A stretch of 64,000 nucleotides of DNA from Octopus sinensis (lineage: Eukaryota): positions 81,902,001 to 81,966,000 of the forward strand of contig NC_042999.1 in assembly GCF_006345805.1 (NCBI RefSeq), written 5' to 3'. The position numbers and the translations under genes were made by a program. Positions 24,325-38,199 of the stretch are shown piece by piece. Under the pieces are notes generated by a model. The model was not told the DNA's origin, did no database searches, and saw nothing but the letters and a program-made list of their open reading frames with translations. Every line of letters begins with the position of its first letter. Within the stretch, counting starts at the first letter, position 1.

Positions 24325-24651
24325 CCTTCTATTATGAATGACCATCGGTTTGCACCTAGAGAGTTGCCCTCCGAGGCATAAGTCTTGGCAAGGTTGTTTA
24401 TGAAAGACCAGCAGTCGCCGATGCATACAAGACTCCACTCTCCACGCCACCGATGCTATTCAAGGGAAAGGCAAAGGTTAGTACGGCTTGGCACCAGTGA
24501 TGGTGCAACTCATTTTTACAGTTGAGTTAATAGGAGCAACGTGAAATAAAGTGTCTTGCTGAAGAAGACAACGCACAGCCCGGTCCGAGAATCGAAGTCA
24601 CTAACTCAAAATTCTGAGCCCGACGATCTAACTACTGAGCCATGCACCTTC
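24325..24651 (-). mobile_element. tRNA-derived SINE (family C)
   Basis: Reverse complement GAAGGTGCATGGCTCAGTAGTTAG (A-box-like)...GACTTCGATTCTCGG (B-box-like)...GCAAGACACTTTATTTCACGTTGCTCC core. Confidence 0.78.
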
Positions 24652-26034
24652 TGTACAACATGAATTCCAGATTTATATTACATTATCACCGCCTGTAGAG
24701 ACGGTATTGTAATTGTCAAATGGCAATAAATCCCGCTTCCATATGAGAAAGTATGATATCAACAATTCTCCAAAATTGACGTACAATTAAGGAAAATGAC
24801 ATATTAAATGTCTGGAGATAATCGAACAGCCAGAGAGACACATCCGGGTAAATAAGAATCATCAACACAACTCGTGTGTGTGTATATGCTTATAAAACAG
24901 TTCTATATATACACATGATTTGGAGGGTAGATACGTCCTAAATATAGACCTGTCTTCAGCAGAATATGGACTACAAATATTATTGATTTAGAATGATAGG
25001 TTGATGAGCAACATTGCTATCATTTTGGTTGGCATCACCCTGCGTGATGTTTAGACGTCAGAAGCACACTAGAATTTTCAAAACAATCGTTATGGCTTCC
25101 ATGAATTTGTCTCCCACACTCTTCACATAAGGTGTGAAGCTGAAAATTTGTCAGTGGAAAAATTTGGGAGGGATATTTTTAGTTTCTTTAAATGATGCTA
25201 AGAAATTGTCTCCCTTAACAGGTTCCATCTTACTGTCAGGTTGTTTATACGCGCGCATGCATATACATCAGCGTGCACACACACACACTCTCTCTCTCAC
25301 ACACACTCACACATACACTTAATTAAAGACAGGTTTCGCAGCCGAAATGGACCTCAGAAATTTATGACATTTTTAAATAGAAATTTCCTTTCTAACCAGG
25401 AATTTTAACGTTTCAAAATCAGTATGTGCTGGAGAGTAATTGGAAGATCATAACAACCTGATTTTCACTAAACACATTTTAATGGGAAAAAGACAAAGTT
25501 TTTGTTTTAAGTTTTATTGACTTAGTCTTGTTGAAGTTGTCCTGACCAAAACCATTGAAGTCGTTCTGATACAAGACAAATCTATACAATTAATGTTTGG
25601 CTTCCTATAGTGTACACCGACCAAAGTATTGAATTTTCAAAGATATTATAACTGTGTAGGTGGTTTTCGCTTTGGCTGAACTGGTTAATGCTGATAATAA
25701 GAATCATAAATTATTTCCTGCTGAATTGAAAGTGTTCAAACTACAAAGATGTTTCAAGATATCCGGCAGTTTTCTGTTCCAGTCTCTCTTGCAGACTGTC
25801 TTTGTTTAGAGAAAAACAGAGTATGTACTACACTTTTAAGGTATTAAAAGTTAACATTCACGATGACAACATCAAATTTACAGTTTCAAATTATATATAT
25901 CTTATATACGGGGAGAGGTGATTTATCTGCATTTTTCAAGTTTCCGTGTGACTATTGTCCATAATATATCTATGATTTTTAAACTAGTTCGTGAGATTTT
26001 TACGAGGAAATTTAGGGATATTTAATATCGGATA

Positions 26035-27960
26035 GAAAGTTGAATAAGGCAGTGCTTGAATTTGAACAACGCATTGCAGCTAACCCTGACAGAGAAGTGT
26101 TCTGGAAGTATGTGCACTCAAAGCAGAGACCCCACTCTACAGTTGGTTCCCTTCGCAATCCCCACACAGGACAGATTACTGGCAATCCCGAAGAATGTGC
26201 AGAAATCATTGCTGGATGCTATGCCGGCATCTTTACTGTCGAAGACCAAAATGTTCCATCTTCATCACCACTGACATCGAACTCTATATCTACTATGCAA
26301 TTTACACCAGCAATGCTGCAACTCCACCTTAAGAATAAACGCAATTATGCATCTCCTGGTCTTACATACCTACTTCTCAAACGCGGTGGGTACTTTCTTC
26401 TAAGCCAACTTTCTCTATTCTTCCAATTCTGTCTTGACAATGGTGTTACTCCAGAACAGGGGAAAACTGCCAGTATCATCCCTCTGTTCAAAAAAGGCGA
26501 CCGCACATCAGCTGTCAACTATCGCCCCGTCAGTCTTACTAGCTGCATCGCCAAACTGATGGAATCCTGTATCAGAGAAACCCTCTGGAACTTCTGGAAG
26601 TCTCACAGCCTCATCCAGCCGTCAAAATTCGGATTTATTCCTAACTCCAGCTGCTGTAATCAACTCATCGAGTTTCTTGAGGACGTTACCCAAATCACTG
26701 ATCGCGGATCCTGGGTGGATGTTGTTTACCTGGACTTTGCTAAGGCTTTTAACTCTGTGCCACACAAAATACTTATGGTGAAGCTTTCTGCGTTGGGTGT
26801 AAGAGACGAACTCTATAGCTGGTTGAAGTCCTTTATTTTCAGCCGAAAAGAGGTTGTCACAGTTCTAGGACAGCACTCTTCGCCCTATGAGATGACATCT
26901 GGTGTACCACAGGGATCTGTTCTTGGCCCCCTTTTATTTGTTGCATATGTTAATTACATAGATGTCAACTTAAAGAATGCCACAGTGCTGAAATATGCAG
27001 ATGACATCAAGCTGTACCTCGAAATAAAGAGGTCAAATCCTGTACACTATAGATCTCTATTGCAAGCAGACCTGGACACAATGCAGCAGTGGATCATGGA
27101 CTGGCAACTCAAGCTGGCTGTGGACAAATGTACCACCATGCATTTTGGGAGGAGAAACCCAGCGTCCACCTACTCCCTCCACAACACTAGTCTCAAAAAT
27201 TCTTCATGTGAACGTGACCTGGGTGTTATTGTCGACAGTGATTTGCGTTGGACAAAACCCATCGCTAAAATTGTCAAGAAGGCTGAGGGTGTCTTGGCAT
27301 CACTCACTAAATCCTTTGTGAGCCGCTCTCCGGCTATCTATCTGCGGCTTTATATAGCTATGGTAAGACCTCACTTGGAATTTGCATCACCGGTCTGGAA
27401 CCCCTATCTTGCCCAGGATATCAATCGTCTGGAAGCTGTTCAGCGACGTGCAACCAAAAGAATACCCTCCATCAGGCATTTGCCATATCCTGAACGCCTT
27501 ACTTCCCTGGGCATGGACACATTGAAACTCCGACGTCTGGCAGCTGACTTGGCAGACACCCATAAAATTATCAACCATCGTACAAACAATAACTCTGAGC
27601 ATCTTTTCAAACTCCACCCATCTAACATCCGTGGACATATTTACAAAGTAAGAAAACAGCACAGCTCCCATGACTTCAGGAAACATTTTTTCACGCTGAG
27701 AGTTGCTGAAGCATGGAACAAACTGCCAGCATCAGTTGTTAGTTGTCGGAGAACTGCATCCTTCAAAACCTCCATGCTTCCTGAGATTCGCCAACACTAC
27801 ACTTGATTTTCTCCCCTCCATACACACACAAACATGTATCTGACTCATTCATTGTTCGCTTTCCAGATATTTCTACATAACTGCATGTACTTTATATGCA
27901 CTTTCTGACAAATTGTGGTGCACCTGAGCACTGTATACAATAATTTCATTATATATTATA
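26035..27960 (+). mobile_element. CR1-clade LINE, 5'-truncated
   Basis: Uninterrupted RT ORF followed by a roughly 150-bp 3' UTR ending CACCTGAGCACTGTATACAATAATTTCATTAT. Confidence 0.93.
26040..27806 (+). CDS. CR1-type reverse transcriptase ORF (588 aa, no endonuclease domain)
   Basis: IIPLFKKGDR, NYRPVSLTS, VYLDFAKAFNSVPH, SGVPQGSVLGPLLF, KYADD, ERDLGVIVDSDL, MVRPHLEFASPVWNP, LEAVQRRATK, FFTLRVAEAWNKLP. Confidence 0.95.
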   Translation: MNKAVLEFEQRIAANPDREVFWKYVHSKQRPHSTVGSLRNPHTGQITGNPEECAEIIAGCYAGIFTVEDQNVPSSSPLTSNSISTMQFTPAMLQLHLKNKRNYASPGLTYLLLKRGGYFLLSQLSLFFQFCLDNGVTPEQGKTASIIPLFKKGDRTSAVNYRPVSLTSCIAKLMESCIRETLWNFWKSHSLIQPSKFGFIPNSSCCNQLIEFLEDVTQITDRGSWVDVVYLDFAKAFNSVPHKILMVKLSALGVRDELYSWLKSFIFSRKEVVTVLGQHSSPYEMTSGVPQGSVLGPLLFVAYVNYIDVNLKNATVLKYADDIKLYLEIKRSNPVHYRSLLQADLDTMQQWIMDWQLKLAVDKCTTMHFGRRNPASTYSLHNTSLKNSSCERDLGVIVDSDLRWTKPIAKIVKKAEGVLASLTKSFVSRSPAIYLRLYIAMVRPHLEFASPVWNPYLAQDINRLEAVQRRATKRIPSIRHLPYPERLTSLGMDTLKLRRLAADLADTHKIINHRTNNNSEHLFKLHPSNIRGHIYKVRKQHSSHDFRKHFFTLRVAEAWNKLPASVVSCRRTASFKTSMLPEIRQHYT

Positions 27961-30139
27961 ATGTAACGATAAGAATTTAAACAAGACAATTTTTCAATCC
28001 TTCCCTTCTTAAACACTTAGTATTCTTACTCTTACTATATCATGTGTAAAATAATAATTCATGCAGTGAAACAAAATTAAAATCAATCATATTAAATGCC
28101 CACTCTAAGCAGAAACTGACAGAGATAGAACTAAAATGATTCATAAAAGTATTCTGTTGATCAATCATTCCACTACACAGTACCTATGTTTCAGTGAAAC
28201 GTAGAAATATCTTCGACAAAATGGCTTGAAATAAAACTTTGCAAATGCAGCTAGTCAGGAGAAATTTCTCTCTCTGAAATGTATTTTGTTCGAAAAGTTT
28301 ATAACAAACATCTAAGAGATTTCTGGGAAATATTACCAAACTGTCCACCGGAGAAAATGTAATGTGGTTTTCATTTATTTTGTGAGAATTTCTCAAAATA
28401 TTGTGATATATAGAATGCGAAATTTGAAAACCGTAATTTAAAAGGATTCAATTACCAGACTACTATTGATGTCACAGAGTAGGTGGAATAATCTAAAAAC
28501 AGGACATTCTCGCTAGACTGCTGGAAATGTTAATTCCTAACTCAAAACTCTAAATTGTGGTTGTTTTGTCATAGTTACTCGTATAATCCATCTAAACAGG
28601 GATTATAGATAATGGAAAGCTAGAAGATCGTTTGTATGTGAAACATTAGAATTTTCTTTCGAACAAGTAACGTAGGTCATTGATTAAGAAATAATAATAA
28701 AATCTTTGTTGAGTGATAAAAGGGTTAAGACTAAATCAAAAGAACTAAAGTTATAATAGAGTTCTCTTGACTATCTCTACAACGATATCTGGAGTGTGTG
28801 ACGTATGACGATCAATCGAGCATGGGAATCTATACGTGCTAACAAGTACATGTTGTTATCAGAGAGGTGTAAAGGACGGATATTGTCAATGTAAATGTGA
28901 TTAAACAAATCGACTGAGCAAGCAAATTTTACAAGTGCAAGCTTTGACATGATGCTTATCATTGTTCCGAACTTAGATCCGAACCTCTCAAATTTGAATG
29001 TGGAGGACGAAAGTAAAAGCAAACTGAAAACACAAATTTAAAGAAAAGGTGGGATTAATTTGTAAGTATGAGCATGTTACTCAACCTATTCAAAATATGT
29101 TGAACGACTTCACTTGTGTAGCTTTCTGCTGAAATAGAAACTTTTATTATATCGGTAAAAAGGAAGTCAAAAGAAATATTGAAAACTGCTGATCTACTGC
29201 TCATCTTCATACATACAGTAGATGAAGAAAACAAAATTAAGATTCGACAATTTACTACAAAATGGAATTTTAGAGTGTCTAAGTATGTAGAAATCCAATG
29301 GAAGATAATCGCTTTACTATGTCATAGAAAATAAAATAACGTGCAGCAAAACTAAAGTAAGACATAGAGGAATATAAAACGCCAGAACAAATACTGTTAT
29401 GCATATGGTTCGTCGTTCTGTTAGCTATTCCAAATCGCCGCTCTGTATTTCTGCGTTTCAATCGACAATGAAAAGTTTAGATGGAAACATTACTTTGAGC
29501 GGGATTTGATTTCAGAGCGCCGAAATTATACTACATAACATTCTGGTCAATACTCTAAACACTTCGCAAATTCGTGAACTGGAAAAATAATATAAATAAA
29601 AAATTTGAATTTAATAAATTTATTCATTGATTCACATATGCGGCGCTCAAATTATTTGGAAGACATGTACAAAGTCAAAAATATTTTACTATAATCGAAG
29701 TTTTTAATCTTTATTTTACCATAATTATGTTGATATAAACATAATAAAAAACAGTATCAATAATATGAGAAAGATTAGTTTTTGTGATATTTATGATATT
29801 GAAATGTTTATTTATTATGCCGTTACATAAAAAATAAAATAGCTGAAATATCAGGGATTTTGAGATGAAGAACAGAAAAAAAGCGAGCAAGAGACCAACA
29901 CATGACTAATCGATTACTTTGTTGGAGTTAGAAAGGACGAAAGCAACGGTTAATTTTATTACATTAAAATTCCTGTCGTGAATTTTCCAATTCTGCAAAT
30001 AGCACGAAGAAGCACCCAACAACATGCCACATATTCAATGTAGGCCCATTTAGTTGCGACAGTTTTTCTACTCCGGTGTATTGTAAAATTTACTGGGAAG
30101 TGATACTTGCTTCCCTCAGTATCACGTTCACTTTGAATA

Positions 30140-30535
30140 AGGATCACGATGATAATAATATAGGTCACAAATTTTGGTTGAAAATCCAGGAATTTTTTTT
30201 GTGGGCGGGCGGGGTGTAAGTCGATTACATTGAACCCTAATGCTCAAATTGGAAAATGATTGAAGGCAAACTCAAACTTGGTAGCATTTGAACTCAGAAA
30301 TAAAAAGCCAGAAGAAATGCTGCTAAGCATTTTGACCAATACGATAACGTGTCTGTCAGCTCACCTCCTTTATTTAATATTGATTTCAAATTTAGGCATC
30401 AGACCAGCAATTTCTGGGTGATAGTAAGGCGACAATATCGGCCATAGTGTTCGACTGGTACTTATTTTATCGACCTCGAACTGATGAAAGGCGAAACTGA
30501 CCTCGGCAAAATTTGAACTCAGAACGTTCAACTGA
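30140..30535 (-). mobile_element. Two tandem degenerate family-B SINEs
   Basis: TTTGAACTCAGAA occurs twice (about 30287 and 30512); CTGGTACTTATTTTATCGACC..GATGAAAGGC..GACCTCGGC matches the reverse of 15438-15600. Confidence 0.75.
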
Positions 30536-32050
30536 GAGATTAACTGGATATACCAAATCGGCAGGCCAGGTACGATTTGTATTTGAATTTTTTGATTTAT
30601 TATTATCGATAAGTTACTTGAATACAGCAAATGGCAACGCTCCTTTTTATCATCCAATACTAAAATATAAATGGTGAGTGTTGATGTTTCAAGCATTTCT
30701 GGTATTATATAACAGCTACCTGTTATACAGCTTGTAATCATTTGGTCAATCACAGTTGGAGGAAGATCAAAGTTGATCCCGCTTCCTTTTTGTGTGATCA
30801 GAATGTAAAATTACACATTTATTTAACTAGTGATATTAGTTCTGCCCATGACACTCTCTTCTACACATTAATTAGTAAATTTACATCACTCAGGTTACAT
30901 TGTATTATTTATTATATATCTGACTCGAAATTATTTTGCTAGACTTACAAACTTGAATGTAAAACCAAACACGTTAGCATTTCGGTTCGGAATGTAACGA
31001 GAAATAACTAAATAAATACATCAGTGATTGTATGAATAATTTACCAATTGTGCCAATATATACTGTTCTATAACTATTTTTCAGATTAAGGCGAGGCAAT
31101 GCATTTTCAAATTGTGCACATTAGATATCGTCAACGGTTGCTTTTGGCTGGTCTTTGTGCTAATATCTCTCAGAAAGACGAACTGCCTGACCATTATTTG
31201 TAGAATTCTAGCTCAAAATATAGGTATAGAACTAAATGCAGAAATGCATTTTCTACATTTCATAAGGAGTAGCTGACCATTCCATAGCAAACCCTCATGT
31301 ATGAAAATCATAATAATGAGTTTTAACTGGCTCATTTAGCAGAATTGTAATTCCCAATTGACTGGTACTTTACTGGTTTCCTTCATTTACAATTTGTCAG
31401 CAGTAAACGACACATCATGTATTTTCACTGAGAACTTTGGGTTTATAACTAAGTAGATATAATTTGTCTTCTTTACAGACGATTTGTGTCCAAAAACAGT
31501 CCTCCTGCAACTAGGAAAAGTAATATTTATATATTACTACAACCATGTCGTATTGGAAAGGGTTCAGTCGATTACCTTGACTAAAGTATTTCAGATATAT
31601 TATATTAACGCCACCTCAATGATAAGGGCAAATTCAAACTCGGTGTGATTAGAGCTAAGGTGACATAACGAGTTACCACATTGCAGGTGTTACTTATATA
31701 AGAACGATAATATTACAAATAATAACTTTTAAAAATGCGATAAAAACAATAAGCTAAAGTTGGAGGTCTCTCAATAACAGTTACATTTTTTCTGAGCTAT
31801 AGAATATTTTTTTCTACATTTTTGATATAGTATTTTCCTTTTTCCCATTTTCCACAAACAATTTCAGGCGTTGTGAAATAAACAAATACATAAAAAATAA
31901 ATTGAAATATTCCAACGAGAGATAGAAAAAAATAACTAAACACTTCACCAACATTTGTATTCTGGAATGTGTGTGAAGCAATAATAAAATGCGAAATAAC
32001 AAATTACTTTCTTCCACTTAACTGAAGTTTCTTAATATATATAACATGTG

Positions 32051-32090
<40 letters not shown>

Positions 32091-32317
32091 CAGTACAAAT
32101 TTTTCAGAGCGAATTTCTGGTTGTGTTGGTTTTATGCTTCTCAGAATGCACACACTTATATACACACACTTATTTTTCATATAAACACATGGTTACACAA
32201 AACTTAATATATTTTTCTGTTTTTGTGTATATCTGCATCTCCACTGATATAGGAAGGGAAAAATAATATGTATTGGTGAGTTAATCAGTTTCATCTCATA
32301 AGAACGGATATGTACGA

Positions 32318-32334
32318 ATATCTATCTATCTATA

Positions 32335-32385
<51 letters not shown>

Positions 32386-32541
32386 TTATCTATCTATCTC
32401 TATCTAGCTAGCTAGCTAACTATCTGTATATCTATTTATATATCTATCTAGCTAGCTAGCTATCTGTCTGTCTATCTATATCCATCTATCTATCCATATG
32501 TGAATATATACACATATGTATACATATAAATATATTTTGCT

Positions 32542-32608
<67 letters not shown>

Positions 32609-32625
32609 TATGTATGTATGTATAT
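32318..32625. repeat. (TATC)n/(TAGC)n tetranucleotide tract and (TA)n
   Basis: Direct reading. Confidence 0.93.
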
Positions 32626-33844
32626 CGAGAGAGAGAGAGACTGTGGTAGTAGGGAAGGTGGACAAGTGCTCAAAACCACCTTACACCATAACAATGTGCT
32701 TCACTTTTGCCTAAAGTTGCTGGTCTGTATCTCCTTGGTGTGGTACCACTTCATCAAACTGGCAAATTGCAAGAAGGAGAATATTTCCTCATCGTGACAG
32801 AGCATAGAATAAGGCATACAATTCGCTATATTGTTTGAATCTGGTTTGCAGATCTCCCTTCGTACAAGCGCACACACATACACGCAAAAATATATAGAAC
32901 TTCAGAGGTGATCCAGCAAAAACGAACAAAAGAAGACGAATCGTAATTTTAACTATTTTGATTCTATATTTCTGAATAGAGGATGCAGTCAATTCATAAA
33001 AATTTACTCATAGAATTGTATCATCAGAGCCGCTCGCAAACAGTGGAATAGTTAACTATTTGCACACTGTGTTTCTCTCAGGCAAAAGAAAAAAAACACA
33101 GCATCCTTTTGTCTGCATAGTTGACGTGAAGTACTCCATTTCTTTCTCGTTATCCAGCTTCTGAAAGATATAAGGAAATCAGTAAATGTAAAACATCCGT
33201 TAGGTAATATAACAGCAGCTTTACACAACGTAGTGACCTCGTCTCACTCGACGTGTTAGGGTGAAGAATACAAAGTAAACTATATGAAGAACAGTATGGT
33301 TTCAACATAAACAGATAATTTATTGTGTTAGAACAATGAATATTGTGTTATATCGTTTGAGTGGATTTTTATATAGATGCATGCTACACAAAATGACTCA
33401 CATTTATATCAGTGACGGACAAGAATTATCCGCTACAGGTGCCAGATCATATGATTTCTCCCTGCCCAGGTTCTTCAGTGGCAGACATCCGTTAGTGACA
33501 TAACAGAGGAAGCCGCACGTTCAGGTGAACATAAAGATTGCTTCTTGGTATTAATACTGTTTCCGTCGTTATTGATTATCACAACAAAGAATGTAACAGA
33601 TCAAATCACACTGATATATAAGCTACTGTCTAAATCTAAATTGGTACACTTGAAAGTAATTTATTATACTATCAGCTAGAGATTAAATCACCGTAAAGGT
33701 CAATGATAAACACCGACATATATGTAGGTATACGCACAGTAAATACTTACAAAAGGATAAATAAGAAAAAGATCATAATTAATACAGAGAAATATACAAG
33801 ACGGCCGCGAGCAAAATGCTCGTAATAATGGGTATGAACAAATT

Positions 33845-34060
33845 CCTTTATTTGTTTATTCGATTCAGTCATTTGACTGCAGCCATGCTGGAGCATCGCC
33901 TTTAGTCGACCAAATCGACTCCAGGACTTATTCTTTGTAAGCCTAGTACTTCTTCTGTCGGTCTCTTTTGCCGAACCGCTAAGTTACGGGGGACATAAAC
34001 ACACCAGCATCGTTTGCCAAACGATGTTGGGACAAACACAGACACAAAAACATATACATG

Positions 34061-34142
<82 letters not shown>

Positions 34143-34301
34143 CGAGCGTCTTTCAGTTTCCGTCTACCAAATCCACTGACAAGGCTTTGGTCGGCCCGAG
34201 GCTATAGTAGAAGACACTTGTCCACGGTGCAGCGCAGTGGGACTGAACCCAGGACCATGTGGTTGGTAAGCAAGCTACTTACTACGCAGCCACTCCTGCG
34301 C
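33845..34301 (-). mobile_element. Full-length SINE family A with internal (TA)n
   Basis: Reverse complement of 45261-45683 over both halves. Confidence 0.93.
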
Positions 34302-36134
34302 TCGGAAAGCCAAGTTACGTTAATCCCCACCAAAATCGAAGCAATTAAAAGTGCAATTTTTTTTTTAAATAGTACAGCGCAATACATAAACATGATCTCC
34401 GTGTCTTCTCCGCTCTGGCGGAAAATTCGTTCCAGAAGTTACCCACAGTACAGCGAAATTACACGTACAACTCACTCTAAGTCAAAACATCTTCAACGTA
34501 TTAATCTGTATTTAAATTAACAAATAAACAGATAACATTATCAAAAAATACACACTAGGGTATTATAGTACATACTAACCAGAAGAATTTCTTAATGTTT
34601 TTTTTTTTTTTACAAGAAACAAACGAAATGGACCCCATTTTTATCCTAGATGTAGGAAGTGTAATTCTTTAAAAGTCCAGTAGCAGAAACATAAAGCAAT
34701 CCCTTACACAAACAAAATTATTTTAAACTACTAACTTGCAAAGTGAAATCAATAGTTTCTGTGCCCACAAATCAAGTATTGTAAACCAAAGTCTGGAGTA
34801 CCAAAGATGTTTTACCTACAACTCATATTCATGGCATTGTACCAAGCTACAAGAAATGAAAGCAATAATTAAGCGGAGATAGAAATTTACTCTACAAAGG
34901 TAGAGGATATAGTCGTTGTAGCAGACACAACAAAAGAAGTTGAGATATTAAAAGATGACGTAGAGAACAACGTAGTGCTAAAATTCGACAGCCTTAAAAT
35001 GCTGATACGCTCCTTTTATAGAGAAAGAAATCTACAGAATATATAAAAAAACAGTAATTGTCAATAGCTATTGAAATACATTTATACGAAACTGCAGATG
35101 GATATAGACAAAAATACAATTCAACAAATTCATCAAATATTACTCTAAATAGAACAGTATATGTATTAGATGCATGCCGTACAGAACAGGCGAACCCATA
35201 ATTAAAAGACTCATAAATTCAAGCAAAATGTATCACAGGAGACCATGAACTGGGGTTAAAGTAGGAAAAAAAGAAAAGAAATCCTTACTAGCAATATATC
35301 GCAGGCATGTAAAAGGGAGAAATAACTTAGGCTAACGCAGTTTATAAATCTAGTTATCAAACTGAGTTTCAAATTAGTTAATTCCAATCTTTCATACGCC
35401 ATTTTCTCTTGTAGTCTCACTATACATTTTGAAACATGTCTGTGTCTGTGTGTGTGAGCGTGTGTGCATGTGTATATGTTTGCGTGCGTGTGTTTCTGTG
35501 TGCGCGTGTGTTTTTCTGTATGTGTGTATGTGTATGCCTGTGCGCAAAAGTGTATATATATGGCCGCAAGTTAAGCGTACAAAATATGATGTTTTGAGTA
35601 GCATCATTCAGCAGATATACAAGTAAAAGTCCAGAAATATGGAGGAGGAGGAATGAAGGAAATGAGATGAGAAATCAAGAAAGGTAGCCTGGCGCTTGTC
35701 TTTCGGACAAAATGCAACTTCAGTATACTCAATTATGTTTTATTTTAAATTTTGCGCTGCTGTGCGGAAGACGTCTTCAAATGATATGGTTTCATTTATA
35801 TATTTTCATTTAGCACTTCATGTGTATACTGTTATTTTTGTCAAATATTATATCAACTGTACTCTATTTTTCTTTCTCTCCTAAGTGAAATTTCACATAC
35901 TGCACTGTTTGTTTATTTGAGAAATTAATAAATTTTGTAAATTTTTACTTGGTGGTTCTACTTATATATTTAGTGTTTACTATCTAAGAGATGTATCTGA
36001 AGAGAAAAGAAACCCAGTAAATGGAGAATCGTTCAGAATCAAGATTACTTCATTCAGTTACACTTTCGAAGTGATCGAGAAGTACTGCAGCAATAATTTA
36101 CCATATCTGGAAATGCTAACTGTAAATCCTGATC

Positions 36135-36194
<60 letters not shown>

Positions 36195-36252
36195 GCTATA
36201 AGAATTATAATAGCTATAAGAATTATAATAACAACAACAAAAGCAACAACAA
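36135..36252. repeat. (TAA)n/(AAC)n tract
   Basis: Direct reading. Confidence 0.95.
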
Positions 36253-36254
36253 CA

Positions 36255-36800
36255 AATGCCGTGATGTGGCTTTCATGACTTCTGATCTTAACTGAACAGA
36301 AGAGTTATCATTTACAATGTTTTGTCTTGGTATAAAGGATGGGCTACAGCAAATAGTCTGCTCAATACCACAGATTTGCTTGACAGTTGCTTATCCTTAA
36401 CCAGTTGAACATGCCCCTTAGTGGCTGATGATATGTGCATCTCAGATCATGAGTAGTAGTAGTAGTTAGGGAGCATCATATTCATGTGTTGAGAGGAATT
36501 CTTTGGGCTTTGGATAATTCACCACTGGAAACATGGGCGTTTCGTTCAATAACGTTTAACAACCCTTAGTCAGGGTCCTTTTGAATGGGATTGGCTACTT
36601 GACTCGAAGAAAATTCTAACTGGGCACCGCCTACAACTTCATACGCTGTCAATCTTGATATGTGATCACCATGTCACGAACATATAGTTGTCACGTATGT
36701 ACTTGGTGTACCCTGATCTGACGGATAGTCATGATGGGTATACTGGGCTTCATATATTTTACCCCAGTGTCACTTTGATAGCACGGACAGTTCTTTCATC
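36255..36800 (+). mobile_element. Probable interspersed retroposon (about 545 bp) embedded in (TAA)n
   Basis: GC-richer non-coding block with (TAA)n on the left and an (AAC)n(AAT)n tail on the right. I recall it as a common cephalopod repeat; that recollection is unverified. Confidence 0.55.
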
Positions 36801-36819
36801 AAACAACAACAACAACGAG

Positions 36820-36902
<83 letters not shown>

Positions 36903-37067
36903 GAATAATAATAATAACAATAACGATCATAATAACAATAATGAAATTTACAATGATTGGCATGACATTCTTAATAAATGTGAAAATTAATTTCAATATA
37001 AGTATTATTATAGTTAATACAATACATATGGATGCTGTATTTATTATTATCATCATCATCATCATTA

Positions 37068-37106
<39 letters not shown>

Positions 37107-37276
37107 GTAGTAGTAGTAGTAGTAGTAGTAGTAATAGTAGTAGTAGTGGAAGCAGTAGCAGCAGCAGCAATAGTAGTATTAATAGTAGTAGTAGTAGTAG
37201 TAGTAGAAGAAGTAGTAGTAGTAGTAGTAGCAGTAGTAGTAGTGGTAGTAGTAGCAGTAGTAGTAGTAGTAGTAGC
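36801..37276. repeat. Compound trinucleotide tracts: (AAC)n(AAT)n, then (ATC/ATT)n and (AGT/AGC)n
   Basis: Direct reading; source of the poly-L/I/S/V/N pseudo-ORFs. Confidence 0.95.
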
Positions 37277-37398
37277 ATTTCTCCTTATTTAATTGTAAAA
37301 GTTTGTGACATTTTAATACGAAAGCAGGAGATATGTCAGTTAATTAACTTTCCTACCATGTTCATTTGCAGACACACGCAAACAATTTACATGCGCAA

Positions 37399-37439
<41 letters not shown>

Positions 37440-37742
37440 TTTAAGTGTGTGTGGGTATGTATCTATGTATGAATGTACGTATATATGCAAGTAAATGATA
37501 CATAAATGCATTTATATATATAAATGCAAAAATATTACTACTATATTTTCTCATTAATTATTTTAACTGTTCAAGATTATAAGCTATTGTAAGTTTTACA
37601 TACTTTCATATCTGTCTGTCTGACTATATGTATGTATGTATGTATACATGTATATATCTATGTATGTATGATGTATGTATGTATGTATGTATATATGTAT
37701 GTATGTATATATATGTATGCATATATGTTTATGATATGATAC

Positions 37743-37805
<63 letters not shown>

Positions 37806-38199
37806 CATATAACACACATTATACAAATATAAACGTATATCCGTTATGTGTTTCGAATATGAATTTATATAAATAATATGAATCTATAAAATAACATGTA
37901 TATAGAGTATATATTGACAAATGTATACGTAAATGCATGCATACAAATATAGCTACATACATACATACGCACGTGCATACATACATGCGTACATACATAC
38001 ATACATACATACATACATACATACATACATACATGTGAATGTAATTTTTTGTCTAGGCTGATAGCATTATTAAAGTTTATTGCATGTCGTATCATCTGTT
38101 CCAATTTTGAAATAAATGCCACCAACTTGTGTAATTAATAATGATAGTAATGATATTAATAAGAATAATGAAAATGATAGTATAAAATTACATGTAGGG

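Noticed and set aside
28810-28905. Cys-rich plus-strand peptide CCYQRGVKDGYCQCKCD*
   Set aside because: Short, preceded by an in-frame stop with no start codon or acceptor.
33398-33530. Minus-strand GTGAGT donor with GC-richer upstream sequence
   Set aside because: All frames are closed for the nearby acceptors I tried.
34600-35230. A-rich stretch that might be a decayed LINE ORF
   Set aside because: No diagnostic motif could be confirmed.
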